A stretch of DNA of 64,000 nt from the human T2T-CHM13v2.0 reference genome, Homo sapiens. A program made the position numbers and the translations under genes. This document shows, piece by piece, positions 1-17,066 of this stretch (position 1 is its first letter; each line of letters opens with the position of its first letter). The stretch lies in the NCBI RefSeq assembly GCF_009914755.1, contig NC_060939.1. The stretch is one strand, 5' to 3'. The notes beneath the pieces are model-generated. The model searched no databases. It was not told where the DNA came from and saw only the letters and a program-made list of their open reading frames with translations.

Positions 1-280
1 TGGTGGCTCATGCCTGTAATCCCAGCATTTTGGGAGGCTGAGGCAGGTGGATCACGAGGTCAGAAGTTCGAGACCAGCCTGGCCAACATGGTGAAACCCT
101 GTCTCTACTAAAAATACAAAAATTAGCGTGGCATGGTGGTGCACATCTGTAATCTCAGTCACTAGGGAGGCTGAGGCAGGAGACTCGCTTGAACCCGGAG
201 GCAGAGGTTGCAGTGAGCCAAGACATGCCACTGCACTCCAACCGGGGTGACAGAGTGAGACTCTGGTTCAAAAAAAAAAA
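1..280 (+). mobile_element. AluS
   Basis: Alu consensus with A tail. Confidence 0.9.
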
Positions 281-1503
281 TTACTTGGGGTTAGTTTCAA
301 ACTTTCAGGGCTTACTAACCAAAGCATGATCCTTCTGGCTAGTAGTAACACAAACTACTCACAGCCCTGTGTGAGCTCCAGAAATTGTTTAGTTTACTAC
401 ATTCTGGTGGTCCTTTACCCGGCTTCATGGTGATTCACTGGATGTATACATAAGTTACTTCTCAGCCAAAGACTCAAAAAGATTCCTCTGCAGATTTCTG
501 GTGTTCTCTGTCTTTGTAAACTGGCCAATCCCAGGGCTCACCTCATTTGTTCTCTTTCTCTCAGAGATCATAGTTATATGTTGCCTGTTGTCCAATGTCT
601 GAAAGCCACTGTTTCATATATTTTATCCAGTTTTCTAATTTTCCAGAAAGAGAATTATTGTAAGTTAATTTTTGACAGGTGAAAATGTTAAGTCTGTTGA
701 CAGATTTTTCATGACTTCTTCAATTTAATTAACAGTAATAGGATTTGGGGGACTTTCAATTTCTTCTTGAGCCAGATGTAGTAAGTTACTTTCCTAGAAA
801 TTGGTCTTTTTCTTCAAGTTTTTAAATGCTGTTGATAGAATTATCTTATTAACTTTTAAACCTCTGTCTTATTTATAGCTGTGCCCCTAGTTTCGTTTGT
901 ATCTGCTGAAGTGTATATATCTGTCCACTGCTACAGGGGGGAATATAATAATACTCTGTCTCTCTTCCATTCTCCAAATCCCACAGAAGTACCTCTCATT
1001 TATGGCATCTAGCATGGAAAATGGTTAGCAAAAGATACTAAGAAATGCTCTTAGTATCTAACTCTTGGGGGATCACAGAAGAGAGATCCTGCGTTGCTAG
1101 TGGATAGTCCGGTGCAGTTCACTGCCTCAGGTGCTCAGCATCCATACATAGCCTTTTACCCACATTTATTTTCAAACAATGAGAATGACAGCATAATGCT
1201 TTCACCTCAGTTCTGTGACTATCTCTCATGCAAATGAAGATGCCCTCACTATCTTCCTTGGAAGGGGAGACCCAAAGTCCTACCAGTCATTTCTCTTCTC
1301 TTTATGATGGTCCTTCTTTTTCCTTTTCAGTCACAATCTTCCTTTGGTATCCTGTAACCTAAAAACTAAATTATGAGGTTAGCTACCATCAACTCACCCT
1401 AAATGAAAGAGTAGAGGACAGAGAAGGGGAAGAAAGTCTATATATTAGTTGTACATATATAAAACAAACCAAGGGAAAAATATGTTTAGCTACTAAAATC
1501 TCT

Positions 1504-1801
1504 TTTTTTTTTTTTGAGATGGACTCCTGCTCTTGTCACCCAGACTGGAGTGCAATAGCACAATCTCAGCTCAGCTCACTGCAACCTCTGCCTCCTGGGT
1601 TCAAGCAATTCTCCTGCCTCAGCTTCCTGAGTAGCTGGGATTACAGGGGCCTGCCACCACGCCCGGCTGATTTTTGTATTTTTAGTAGAGACGGGGTTTT
1701 GCCATGTTGGCCAGGGTGGTCTCGAACTCCTGACCTCGTGATCCGCCTGCCTTGGGCTCCCAAAGTGCTGGGATTATAGGCATGAGCCACTTTGCCTGGC
1801 C
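1504..1801 (-). mobile_element. AluS
   Basis: Antisense Alu, TSD AAAATCTC. Confidence 0.9.
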
Positions 1802-3217
1802 AAAATCTCATTTCTTAATTGGTGATGAGGCAGTAGTTGGTGTTAATAATTTCCTTCTTCCCCTATCCATTTCACATTCCCTATTCCCTCAGTCAGCCCT
1901 TCAACTAATTGGTTTTTATCTTACAGCATGAATTACACCTTCACTCTTAAGTTTGTGAACTATTAATGGTTCTGATTAAACTGTGTTGCTATAGTCTTCC
2001 TTTACTTTTTGATATGGGACATTGAAGTATTAATAGGCATCATATCCAGAATGAGTCAAGTCCACTGAGGAATTGCTGCCTCCTTCCTCCATTAGGGGGC
2101 CGTGAAATCAACCTGCCATCAGGTGACTGTCTGGTGCTGCTGAGAAAGCGTGCCATACTAGGGACTCATCGTTGACCTTTGCTATAGGTAGATTCAGCAA
2201 TCACCAATGGGAGTAGCCAGATCAGCCTTGGTGAGAAATCCCTATGGCAGAGCCGATGCATAACTTCTAACCCTGCTACATGGCCACATTATTTATGAGT
2301 CCATTGAGCAAGCCCTGGGGTAGCTGGGGAAATAGGTTGAAAGGCATTCAACCTCCTGCCAGTGCTTCCCATTGGCTAAACCCAAGCAGAAGCGAGAGGG
2401 CAAGGCAGCCTAGTGACACAGTCCACACAGGTCAGAGCAAGATGGAGAACAAGGGAGAAAGGATCTGGAGAAAGACACAAAAGTTACACAGTGTACTCTC
2501 TGTTGTGGTGCCTCAAGTAAGATTTCTGCTCACCAGACCTAGACTTTTTTTCAGTTAGGACTTTGTAGGCGCTCATTGTTTCAATTCTGGGGAGACCATG
2601 AGCAATTAGGCAATGACAAGGATGCCTGCAGCTCAAACCATTGATTACCAAACAGGCCTTGTGTCCCATTTCCATAACCATAACCATACTGTCTGGCATT
2701 TATATGCTGCCAGTGGCAGAGGCTAAATGCATATAAATGAGATTCCATTATTCCCACTGAGATCAAGGAGCCTAGATTAATGTCTGGCATCTATAGTGTG
2801 TGCTCAATAAATACTTGTTTATTGCATAAACACTTTGTGAGGTAGATATTATTATCTGCTTTCTGTGTATTTTGTTGGAGTCAATTGGCTAACCTTTCTG
2901 GCTATTTTTTATCAGTTTCCCTCTTCCAGATCTCGGCATGATTCCCTAAAGCTTAATACCACAGTCAAATCTATTACTTCCAAGCTCAGAAAGCTTAGTT
3001 GTTGGATGGGCTAAGCATCGACTCATGGAAACAGCAGCATCTGCAGTGTTCTTCATTGCCTTCATTTCAGAAGTTGTGTTCTTAACAGCAAGGAGTGTGA
3101 ATGCTTTTTACATCTTTGATGAGATCACTCAGAGCATGTGAAATGGAGGCAGGGAAACACAAGACTGAGGGAGTCCAGAGATTTGGGTTCTAGCCTGGTT
3201 CTATCTTTTGTGCATTG

Positions 3218-3673
3218 TGTTAGTTTCCTAGGGCGGCTGTAACAAATTGCCATAAACATGTAGCTTAAGACAAAAGAAATTTGTTCTCTCATCGTTCTGG
3301 AAGCTAGAAGTCTGATATCAAGGTGTTGGTAGAGTCACACTCTCTCCAAATATTCCCTCCTTTTTGACTCTTTCAGCTTCTGGTGGCTCCAGGCATTCCT
3401 TGCCTTGTGGCTTACCTAATTCCATCTCTACTTCCATCTTCACATCACTTTTTCTCTTCTGCGTCTCTGTGTGTTCAATATCCCTCTGCCTTTCTCTTAC
3501 AAGGACACCTGCCATTGGATGTAGTTTGCCCTAAATCAAGGATAATCTTATCATGAAACCCTTAGCTTAATTATATCTGCTAAGACGCTTTTTCCAAATA
3601 AGATAATGTTTAAAGTTCCAGGGATTAGAACTTGGACATCTCTTTTAGGGGGACATTATTCAACCCACTACAG
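3218..3673 (-). mobile_element. MaLR LTR (MLT1-like)
   Basis: TGTGTTAGTTTCCTAGGGCGGCTGTAACAAA...CAACCCACTACA pattern. Confidence 0.65.
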
Positions 3674-5554
3674 GCACATCAAATCACATCCTTCTCTGGA
3701 CCTCAGTTTCCCCATCTGTAAATTAAAAGGGTTGGATTGGATGAATCTCTAAACATTTTATAGTTCTCTTAATCTTTACTTCATGTAATCAAGGTTATAT
3801 AAATAATGTCACCCTAAACAATGTGGTTACAGGAGACAACCAACAACTGACCACTGAAAAATTCTTCACAGCATAGCACCACAACATAGGCAAGAGGTTC
3901 TTCTTTTGTGTTGTGTTTGTAAACCTGGCCCCAGCCTTTGCTCCATGCTCAAGAAGGTGAAATCGGCTCTAACTATCAAGCATCTCATTTCTGCTTCAAC
4001 AGCTCACAACCACATGCCCAAAAACAAGGAGGGATTTCTGATTCTTTAACAGGCTTCTGCAACCTCTGTCCTTGCACATATTGCCAGTGTCATCTTCTAT
4101 TACCTTTAGCTTGCTGCCCTGTGGCTCAGAAAGCCACAAGGCAGATTTCGTGACTCTTAGAAAATAATAAAAAAAAGTATTGAAATGCTTTCTTTAAATA
4201 TAAACCACAGTCATAAGTTATTCAGATATATATGAATAGCTATTTTTGGCAGAGGAAACCCCAGCAATTTTCAGTGGGCTCTAAAGAAAAAGCCATTGAG
4301 ACTACGCTGAGTGATTTGGGGGCCTGCCTTCCTGAAAATCACCAAGGTGATAAAGGTGGAGCCACTAGACAACAGAGCCATCTTGTAATTCTACAGAACA
4401 TACGGTGACCCTAAAACATTTCCAAAGGCTTAACATTTTAATGAGGCAGAAGGTTAAGATTGGATAATACACTGAACACAAATCTGATAACACTTCATAA
4501 CAATTTCATTTCAAAGAAAGACCCTTTGTTTCCAGTGGTCTCTTTGTAGCCCCCTCTCCTAAGCAGTTGGTTATATACCAGTTCGGAAAGGACAGTAATC
4601 TTTGTGATTAACGTCCAGCACCATGGCTACCCCAAGGCACAACACTGATATAGGTACCTTTGTCAATCAACAGAGTTCTCCAGCCTCTTTTGTCTGCTCA
4701 CTCCCCCCACCCCCACCCTCTTCTGCCCAACCATTTCTAACAGGGCACCCTCCTGTGACCACTTCTTTCTGCGACTCTCCCCACCCTGGCCCCAGCTCAC
4801 ACATACATAACTAATCAGGTGTCATATCCCTGGGGCCTTGCTCCTTAAATTCCAAGATAACCAGTTAATAATTTAAGGTTTTATCTTAACTGCTTTACAA
4901 TTGTTTATTAACCTTTGCCAAGGCTTGTGCTGTATCAGCATCAAGTATTTCATTGTCATTTTCTATCTTCTGGAAGATACGAAAAGAAAAAACTGTCAAG
5001 TCAGCCATTCTGGTTTGTTGATCTCAGCTTCACAGTCCACGGGTTGAGGTCAACTCTGGTCCCTAAACTTTCCTACCCGGGGTTTGTGAATCTTCTTTCC
5101 CCTCATTAAATATAATCTCTTTATCTAAATCTCCTCAGAGGGAGCCAGCTAACCTGCTAATTTGTAGAAGCGTGTTAAAAAATATTATCCTTCCACCCCA
5201 AAATAACATGATCATTTTAATGGAGCTCCCTCAAGCTAACCTCCTTTATGATGAGACCCTGAGACCAAGACAGGTCACAAAAGAAGATTCTCTGCTGCTT
5301 CCAGGGCCCCATGGTGTACCTGGATCTTCCAAGTATTCTTGTCACACAGAATCTGTCTCATTTGTGATACAATATCCAAATCATGGCAAAGGAGCAATGG
5401 CATACGGAAAAAAGCAGTGTTGCGTACATTTCTGTAGAATAAAAGATATATAATAGGAAGAAATGTGGTGTGAGTACGAGTGGGCCTAGAGGTGTATCCG
5501 TTCAGTTGAACCCTCCATATATAAATGTTGAGGCATTAGAGAGTAGGCAGATGA

Positions 5555-5930
5555 CTTAGTCGGCTTGGGCTGCTGTAACAAGATACCACAGACCTGGTGA
5601 GTTAAATAACAGACATTTGTTTTCTCACAGTTCTGGACACTGGAAGTCCGAGATAAAGGGTCCAACCAATTCAGTTTCTGGTGAGGGCTCTCATCTTGGC
5701 TTGCAGACTGTCACCTTCTCCCTGTGTCCTCAAAGGGCAGAGGGCGCTAGAGTGAGCAAGCTCTCTGGTGTTTCTTCTTATAAGGAGACTAATCCTATCT
5801 GATTAGGGTTCTATCCTATGACCTCATGTAACATTAATTACTTTCTTACTCCAAATAAAGTCACACAGGGGGTTAGGACTTCAACATATGAATTTTTTGG
5901 GAGAAAGGGGCACATATCAGTCCACAGCAG
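5555..5930 (-). mobile_element. MaLR LTR (MLT1A-like)
   Basis: CTTAGTCGGCTTGGGCTGCTGTAACAAGATACCACAGAC... pattern. Confidence 0.65.
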
Positions 5931-6068
5931 CAGGGAAGGCTTAATCTAGACCTCTTGCTCTGTGGCCCAGAAAGGTGCATCATGCCTTCCAATTGGTGGA
6001 GCCAGTAATCTACTGTTCTGGGACCTGGGTTGGAGGTTTATAAGTTAGGCTTATAAATCACTGCTAGG

Positions 6069-6419
<351 letters not shown>

Positions 6420-6463
6420 TTAGTGTTAGCTTCACACATTCTACAGCCTAGGGCCCATGCAGG

Positions 6464-7225
6464 TGTCGATGAAAAGAGTGAAACTCTGTAAAATATTTGA
6501 AGATATTTATTCTGAGCCAAAAATGGAGACCATGGCCCATGACACAACCCTCAGGAGGTCCTGAGAACATGTGCTCAAGGTGGTCGGGTACAGGTTGGTT
6601 TTATATATTTTAGGGAGGCATGAGACATCAATCAAATACATTTCAGAATACAATGGTTTGGTTCAGAAAGGCAGTACAACTCAAGGGGGGTGGCTTCCAG
6701 GCTATAGGTAAATTTAAACACTTTCTGGTTGATAATTGGTTGAGTTTATCTGAAGACCTGGGATCAATGGAAACGATTTTTCAGGTTAACATAAAGAATT
6801 GTGGAGACCAAGTTTCATTGCGCAGAAGAATACGTCAGATAGCAGACTTCAGAGAGACAGAGAGAGTATCTTGTAAAATGTTTCTTATCAGACCTAAAAG
6901 GGCACCTGGCTCTTAGCTGATTATCTCCTGGATCTGGAAAGAAAGGAAGAAAAACAAAGGGGAAAGGGGATCTCCATAGGATGTGTATTTTTCCCACAGG
7001 AGACCTTGTAGGGCAATTTCAAGGTATGGCAAGGAAATACATTTTGGGGTTAAATATCTTTTCCTTGTTTCATAATGTTATGCCAGAGTCAGACTGAGAA
7101 GTAAGTCACAATATATAGGGTCAAATAAAACCCATCTGATGATATTTTATGGTTTGTAGGGCATGACTCCCTAGACCCCTTAGGTAGGAATTTGGGCAAG
7201 ATAAAAAATCAGGGCTTAGTCCTCA
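6464..7225 (-). mobile_element. Solo ERV1 LTR, MER4 family (MER4E-like)
   Basis: TG...CA termini, 4-bp TSD CAGG (6460-6463, 7226-7229), - strand start TGAGGACTAAGC. Confidence 0.8.
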
Positions 7226-7335
7226 CAGGCCTGAATTTTTTTTTTTTTGAGACAGGGTCTCACTGCATTGCCCAGGCTGGAGCGCAGTGGCACAATCACA
7301 GCTCACTCCAGCCTCAAACTCCCAGACTCAAGTGA

Positions 7336-7548
<213 letters not shown>

Positions 7549-7762
7549 TGAAGACCCTTTGCTCAGAAGTTCTGTCTAACTCACTGTGGCCCATTGGCCC
7601 ACAGTCTGGGCCAACAGAGGGTGCAGTTTTAGAGTCCTGAGGATGACTTGCCGGCCTCCAAAATTTATTTATTTTACACATTTTAAGAAGTCAGGAAACA
7701 ATTCTAAACAAGATGCTCTATTTCCCTTCACTTGCTCACTGATTCTTAAAAGTTCTTTAACA

Positions 7763-8258
7763 CAGGGGTCCCCAAATCCCAGGCCATGGACCAGTACTGG
7801 TTAGGAACTGGCCACACAGCAGGTGGTGAGTGGCAGGCGAGTGAGTGAAGCTACATCTGTATTTACAGCCACTCCTTTTCGCTTGCTTTACCGCCTGAGC
7901 TGAGCCTCTGGTCAGATCAGCAGCAGCATTAGATTTTCTCAGGAGCATGAACCCTATTGTGAACCGCACATGAGAGGGATCTAGATCGCGTGCTCCTCAT
8001 GAGAATCTGATGCCTGATGATCTGTCACTGTCTCCCATCACCCCTAGATGGGATTGTTTAGTTGCAGGAAAACAAGCTCACGGCTCCCCAGTGATTCCAC
8101 ATTATGGTGAATTGTGTAATTATTTCATTATATATGACAATGTAATAATAGAAATAAAGTGCACAATAAATATAATGTGCTTGAATCATCCCAAAACCAT
8201 GGAAAAAATTGTCTTCCACAAAACCAATCCCTGGTGCCAAAAAGGGTGGGGACTGCTG
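7763..8258 (+). mobile_element. MER1A-like hAT DNA transposon
   Basis: CAGGGGTCCCCAA...GGGGACTGCTG terminal repeats and typical MER1 interior. Confidence 0.8.
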
Positions 8259-8355
8259 CTTTTAACAGAGTACAGGACCCACATGGGCTACTTTCTGGGT
8301 TTTTTTTTGTTTGTTTTTCTTGTTTTTTGTTTTGTTTTTTTTTTTTGTTTTTTAA

Positions 8356-8469
<114 letters not shown>

Positions 8470-9654
8470 TGAGACTATAGGTGCACACCACTATGCCCGG
8501 CTAATTTTTGTATTTTTAGTAGAGACGGGATTTCACCACGTTGGCCAGGCTGGTCTCGAACTCCTGACCTCAGGAGATTCGCCTGCCTTGGCCTCCCAAA
8601 GTACTGGGATTACAGGTGAGAGCCACTGCATCTGGCCCTGACGTGGGCTACTTTCTGACTTTGGTTTACAGTGAGGCAGCCGATTCAATTCTTATTTTTT
8701 TATTTTTTGGTGCTCCAGATGAGGCTTGAATTAGATTTCTTAAGGATAGGTTTTGATCAGGCTGGAGGGAGGAAAACTGGAGGAGAGAGCCAAGGGAAAA
8801 GAGGTGGGGATTTGGCTCTGAAGACGCTCTCTGCTGGCTTCCTATTCATCTGTGTGCTGTTCTCCCTCAGGACAGAGCCTGCCTCTATCACGGCCCCACC
8901 TTCCCATGCCCCCATTTCACCAGGTTGGGCCCCATTCCCTCCTTCACTCTGGACAGTGATTTCTCATGGAAAGGATTGGGTTGGAACTGCTTGCTGAGGT
9001 GGAGGGGAAAAGAGTGAAGCAAGGAGGTGACTGTACTATTGCATTCTATCTTCTCGCAGGCCACCTTCCAGTTTTTAATGCCACAGTCAGCAGATCCGCC
9101 ACTTGGAAAGGTTCTTGAGAACTCAGCCTGTGGACTGAATCATGGGCGGATTTGGTAACTTCAAAGCTGGTGCCAGCCTGGCGGCCCTTCCCTGCTATTA
9201 GAGTTATCTTATTTCAGGAGAACTTCGAATTACAATACACTTATCTTCATTGCAGCACTGTTAATGGAAGACATTTTCAGGAACTGGAACAGCCTCTTGA
9301 GATGTGACTTTGGGACTGACTCAGTCCCGCAGTTGCAATGCTTCTATCAGTGTCCTCTGGGGTTTTAGGAGTGCCTGGGGCAAGTCTAGAACCTACCTAC
9401 TTTATTGTGACCCTAATTGAGAAAATACCTAACTGTCTGGATTCACATCTAAGATTTCTACTCAACAGCAGTTGGGCAAGTTGCTTTATCTCTCTAAGGC
9501 CCCATTTTTGTAAATAGGGTTTTTAAAAAGCAGTAACTACTTCATAGAGGTTTGAGAGGATTCAGTGAGATAATGCATGGAAGGCCCTTGGCTCAGAGAT
9601 TGGCACTTAGTAAACTCTCAATAAAGGTTAACTGATATTATCAATAAAAACTGA

Positions 9655-10294
<640 letters not shown>

Positions 10295-10602
10295 TTAGAG
10301 CATAGAGCATATTAGAGCATAGTTTCTATGAGATGAGCATTTTCTCTCTCCCCTGTAAACCTTTGTCAAATTCCACTGACCATATTCAGTGCTCTGACAC
10401 AGAGCTTGACACCTTCTCACTGATGCATCAGCATTCTTGGCTGGGCTCCATGGTGCCATGTTCCTGTGCTGGCCTCTCAGGCAGGTAGCATCCAGCTGGC
10501 CATGCACATATTTACAAAAATATGACTCCTCAGAGTACTATTTGTTTTTATTAATTTAATTTTATTTTAGATTCAGGGGGTACCTGTGCATGTTTGTTAC
10601 AT

Positions 10603-12125
<1,523 letters not shown>

Positions 12126-14148
12126 TAAACAGAGGGCAGGAAAGAAAATGGAATCCCTAATACCAGGACAGAGCACTTGTAGCTCCTTAGGATTTGCCAT
12201 ATTCTCTCTCACTTTGCTTTCTGTGGCTAGATAAATCATATTTAGTTGATCTTTCAGTGAGGTGTCTAGAAATGCTTTACTGAAAAAGCAGGCTCTTTAG
12301 CACCTGATAGTGGAATTGGCCAAGACCAGTGCTGCAGTGCTGCGGGCTATTTATAACTTCCGTCCTCTGTTTCCAGACCCTTCATTCAGTGTCATCTCTC
12401 AGAAAGGAGCCTGCTATGGGAGACAAAGCTAGAGAAAAAAATATCTTACTTTTCACAGGCAAATGTCAAAAAGCACAGAATTCCATGAGAAATGAAAAGC
12501 ATTTCAAAAAAATAAACTATAATTGGATATATAAGACATTAATATAAAAATAAATAATAGGGTCCCTTGGAAAACATTTGTTATCACCATCCCTTTAAAC
12601 CTACTGTTTTAACTGCCCCCAGTAATTCAGATGGCCTGGTATTCAAGTCCACCTCTATCCAAAATTGTGAAGTTGAAGAAATGTGTCTTTCTTTCTTTTC
12701 TTTTTTTTTTTGACAGGGTCTCGCTCTGTTGCCCAGGCTGGAGCCTAGTGGCACGATCAGAGCTCACTGCAGCCTTGACCTCCTGGGCTCAAACAATCCT
12801 TCCACCTCAGCCTCTGTAGTAGCTGGGACCACAGGTGTGTGCCACTATGTCCAGGTAATTTTTTATTTTTTGTAGAGACAGGGTCTCACTATGTTGCCCA
12901 GCCTACACAGTTGAGTCTCGAACTCCTGGACTCAAGTGATCCTCTTGCCTTGGCCTCCCAAAGTGCTAGAAGGATTACAGGTATGACCCACTGCAGGGGG
13001 CAGAAATGTGTCTGAAAATGCTACCCGTCACACTCTACTCCATGCTTCTTTCTTTCCTTCACAAGCTCCTCCCTGAAGGATCCTCCCCTCTGGTGAGAGG
13101 GCACAAAGGCTCAATACCTAGCTAACACAAGAACAGAGAAGGAAAGGGTTAATAGGAAACAGAAGTATAAGGAATGCTTTACTCTGCCTGGAGGGGAAGG
13201 AAGGGGATTTGGGCAGAGGTGACCTCTGAGATGGCCTCTGAGAAGATAATAGTAGTTTGAGTTTAGGACAAATTGACTCTGAGATATCAGTGGATCCTCC
13301 AGGCAGAAATAACCTTCAGGTTTTTGCAGACAGGAGTGTGGGTGAGAGGTTAGGATTGGAGAGAGGGACTGGGTGTCCTCTCCATGAAGTGGGAAGTGTG
13401 TGATGGGCTGTCATCTTCACTGAAGCCTGAGTGCATGACAAGCAAAGCAGAGGGTCCCTATTATGACATGCCCCCCAGGCAGCTCCTGCAGCTTCATGCA
13501 GCCAATGCAGTTGGGGTTAGTGGGGAGATCTTAAGGTCCATTGTGCTCTAAGAATCTAAATGATTTGAAGAGGTAACCTTCTCCACACCCCTAGATAACA
13601 GCTATTTTTTACCTGGCTCCAAGGCCAGATGGAACTGAACAAGGAAGGGGCAGGTGGACCTCCAAGTAACTCCTTCATTCTTTGATTTCTTCAACCATCC
13701 TCTTGGAAGCAGGACAATTTCCAAGTCTATTCTCTTTCTTAGCTGATAACAAGATAATTTATCCTCTTAACATTAGCTCAACGAAAAGAAACTTGGAATT
13801 TTCAATTTGTTGGTTCTCTCCTTTTCCTCTAAATATAATTCCTCCATTTTAAATAAAATTTCTGGATTTTCTCCAAAGGTCACTGAATGACAGTATAGCA
13901 CTGCATTAACATGGACTAACCTAAACTTAGAGATAAAGAAGGGGTCACCCATGTGGGACAATCTCAGGGGTACTAGGAAGGTCCTGATGTTCAAAGCTAT
14001 CTATCTAGCTCCTTTCCTTAGGTTACAGCATTATTCCTTCTGTTTTATTATTTATTATCCAACAAGTATTTATTAATAGTTGCTATGCCTGCTTTGAAGC
14101 AGCCTAGGAAGGACTATACACTTGAGCTGTTGGTGATGAGTTTTTTAG

Positions 14149-14434
<286 letters not shown>

Positions 14435-15020
14435 TGTTGGGGAAACTAGCCCACACCATCCAGTGGGTACCCCGAGTCCAGCAGAGACAAAGGAGTTAGA
14501 AAGAGACAGAATAAGCATTTAAAAGGTGGGTCCAGGGAACTGGAGCATCGGAGGCTTGCTCACCGCCCAGAGCTCTCGGGCTTCACCCAATTTATTGGTT
14601 TACAAGCCCTTTGTTCTTAGGGCAGATGGGAGGGGGAGGAAGGGATGAGGAAAAGGATTAATCAGTGAAGGAGAACTCATGAGTCATTCGATAAGATGTA
14701 CAGCAGTGGTGGTTTCCGTGAATGCCCTTGAACAAAGGTGTGTGTCTAAACTACTTAAGATCTTGAACTTATTCGGACTGAAACAGGTGGTAGCAGGTTT
14801 CAGGAGGAGCCAAGATGTTTGATTATACTCCACTGCTTCAAGGGAGTGTTACCTCCCTGAGCAACCCGTGGAATGCCGCTGAGCGGTTATACTCTCAGGG
14901 CATAAAGACATAAAGGCAATAAGGAGACTTTTCTCCTCAGAGGCCGCTCATGGCTTCCCATGTGTGTCTCACACAGGGGAGACCAACTCAACTGGCACCC
15001 CACTAACTCTCTTTCTCACA
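14435..15020 (-). repeat. 3' LTR (LTR14C-like)
   Basis: Preceded on - strand by polypurine tract AAAAAAGGGGGACA (15021-15034); candidate AATAAA at 14591-14596. Confidence 0.92.
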
Positions 15021-15034
15021 TGTCCCCCTTTTTT

Positions 15035-17066
15035 GTCTTTATTAATTTTTTTTGACTAATAACTGCCATTGCTATCATGGCTCATTTACGGTGTCTGACT
15101 TCTCTCCCAAGGTGCTGTCTGCATCTGTAGACTAAAAACAAACAGCATAAACGACACAAACCAAAATAAAATTTGCAATTGTTGATCCACCTATGGTTTT
15201 AATCCACTTTAAAGGATTGGTATTAGAAAGGCCATCAGTGGCTCCAGCAAGAATATCAGCTCCAGGCAACATGGTGAGATGAGCCTGAGATGCCTCAAAA
15301 ACTTGTTTTTTCAATTTAATTTAATATTAAATTATCTTCTTTTCCTTGTGGGTGACAACTAATCATCACCCAATGGTGTTCAGTGGTATTATAAGAGCTA
15401 GGAGTAATACAAAAATCAGAAGTATTTCAATCACATTGCATATGAATTCTATGCTCCAAGCTCATAATCTGATCTCCCATCCAAATTACTGTTTGATGGA
15501 GATCATTAATTTGATTTGCCAGTTTTTGATCTATTTGGCTTTGGGAATTCCAAAGCTTAGAAGAATTTTTCTGCCAACTATCCACAAAGCCCGCAGTTTG
15601 AATAGAAGAGTACAAAGCAACACCAGCAGGAGCAGCAGGAGCAGCAGTAGCTGTGACAGCTATAAGGCCCATGATCACAGCTATTAAAGTAAGTATGAAT
15701 CTCTTTGATCTATTAAGTATTCCTTTTAGTACTTCAGTGATAATACGTATGGAGGTAGAGGCCTCCCAGGGTCTACTGAGGGAAACAGGTATCCAAACTC
15801 CTTCTTGGGCCCTAACCAGTAAAACGCTATTATCTTTATTAAAGGTAGAATTAATGCAGGTAAAAAGATGACAGTTGAGGCATGATATGGTTTGAGAGTC
15901 AGGTAGGATGTTAATTTTTCCCACTGCCAACATAAGAGGAGGTCTAACACAACTCTGCAATGGGACCAACTGATTAGAGGTCATGGCTACAACAAATCGA
16001 AGTTTTTTACTACGGGTCTCTGTTTTATATTCTCCTTTCCAAATCCAAATTGGGGTTTGAGCCATCATTAATTTCTACAGTTCTAGATGTTCTGGACTTA
16101 TAATTGGATCAATCATTTTTGGGCTTGGAGGAGCCATACCGTTTTCCTCCCACTTAATAGGGTAATTTGTTTCAATTTTTCTATATAATTTTGGTGCATT
16201 ATCTTGGTAGTCGTTTGCAAAAGGAGTCTCTCTACAATCTTTGCACTGTCCAGTACAATTTACTGCAAAGTGTCCCCTAGGGGCCCAATCAATGATTCCA
16301 TAGGAATTATTCTGCAGTACAGCAGCACTGTTTGCAATACAATCTTCCCAGGTTAGCACCTTTAGCTTTCCAGACCATTTAGTGGCCTGCCTAGGGCAGG
16401 GCTTCTTATTAGGTTTAAATTTATTAATCTGGCGATGTGTCATAACATAGCCATGCTCAAGGTATTTAATAGTGTCCAAAGATTGAAATGTTCTTCCACT
16501 GATTGCATGAATAGAGGCTTTTGATCCATTATGTGCAGGGACATAAACCATCCAAATTTGTTTATCATAATTTAAAAATCCTGCTGCTGGCCCCAGGCAG
16601 ATGGGAGGAAAGCGATAACCAATGGAAACATTCATTAACATTCCTTCCTCCTCTGGATGAGTAGGACCTCAGTTATCTGTTGGTCCAGGCATCCAGACAC
16701 TATCATTAATATAAACCTCCACCAGGGGGTCTAACCATGTAACAGACCTAATCAGTGGGGGAATGGAATGTAGGCCCAATAAATGTAATTTTGATCTGCC
16801 CCAGCTACGGGGAGACTCACCGCCAAGGAGATTACTGCCATCATAGCTATCATTAGATTACTGGTGGTCAGCAGCTTGTTCTGAGACCTCAGGTTCTCAT
16901 CTGCAATGTGAGCTAGTCTCTTCATCTGCCCACAGGTCGGTGGAGTTGCTTGGCAAGTTTTACTGGTTTCCATCTGCTCAACAGAGATGTTCATCTGAGC
17001 CATCTGATGAACCAGGGGTGCAGGGACATTCCGAGGTCTTTTCCTCTTCCTTGGATTCTGGCTCAT
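15035..17066 (-). pseudogene. env: ERV env (disrupted; 3' end approximate)
   Basis: HERV-K type leader, YWAYIPFP, furin site RSKR, fusion peptide [23 protein letters not shown] heptad; several stops and frameshifts. Confidence 0.9.
15075..17066 (-). CDS. Predicted spliced Rec-like accessory protein, join(17066..16821,15131..15075), 100 aa
   Basis: Open exon of 82 codons ending at donor GCG|GTGAGT, joined to acceptor TTTTTAG|TCT, then 18 codons and TGA. Same architecture as HML-2 rec. Expression unproven. Confidence 0.55.

Noticed and set aside
1033-1059. Perfect 11-bp hairpin AGATACTAAGA-N5-TCTTAGTATCT
   Set aside because: Isolated and short; no RNA-gene context.
9040-9160. Acceptor-like TTCTCGCAG|GCCACC followed by weak donors
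   Set aside because: No ORF or homology to support an exon from sequence alone.
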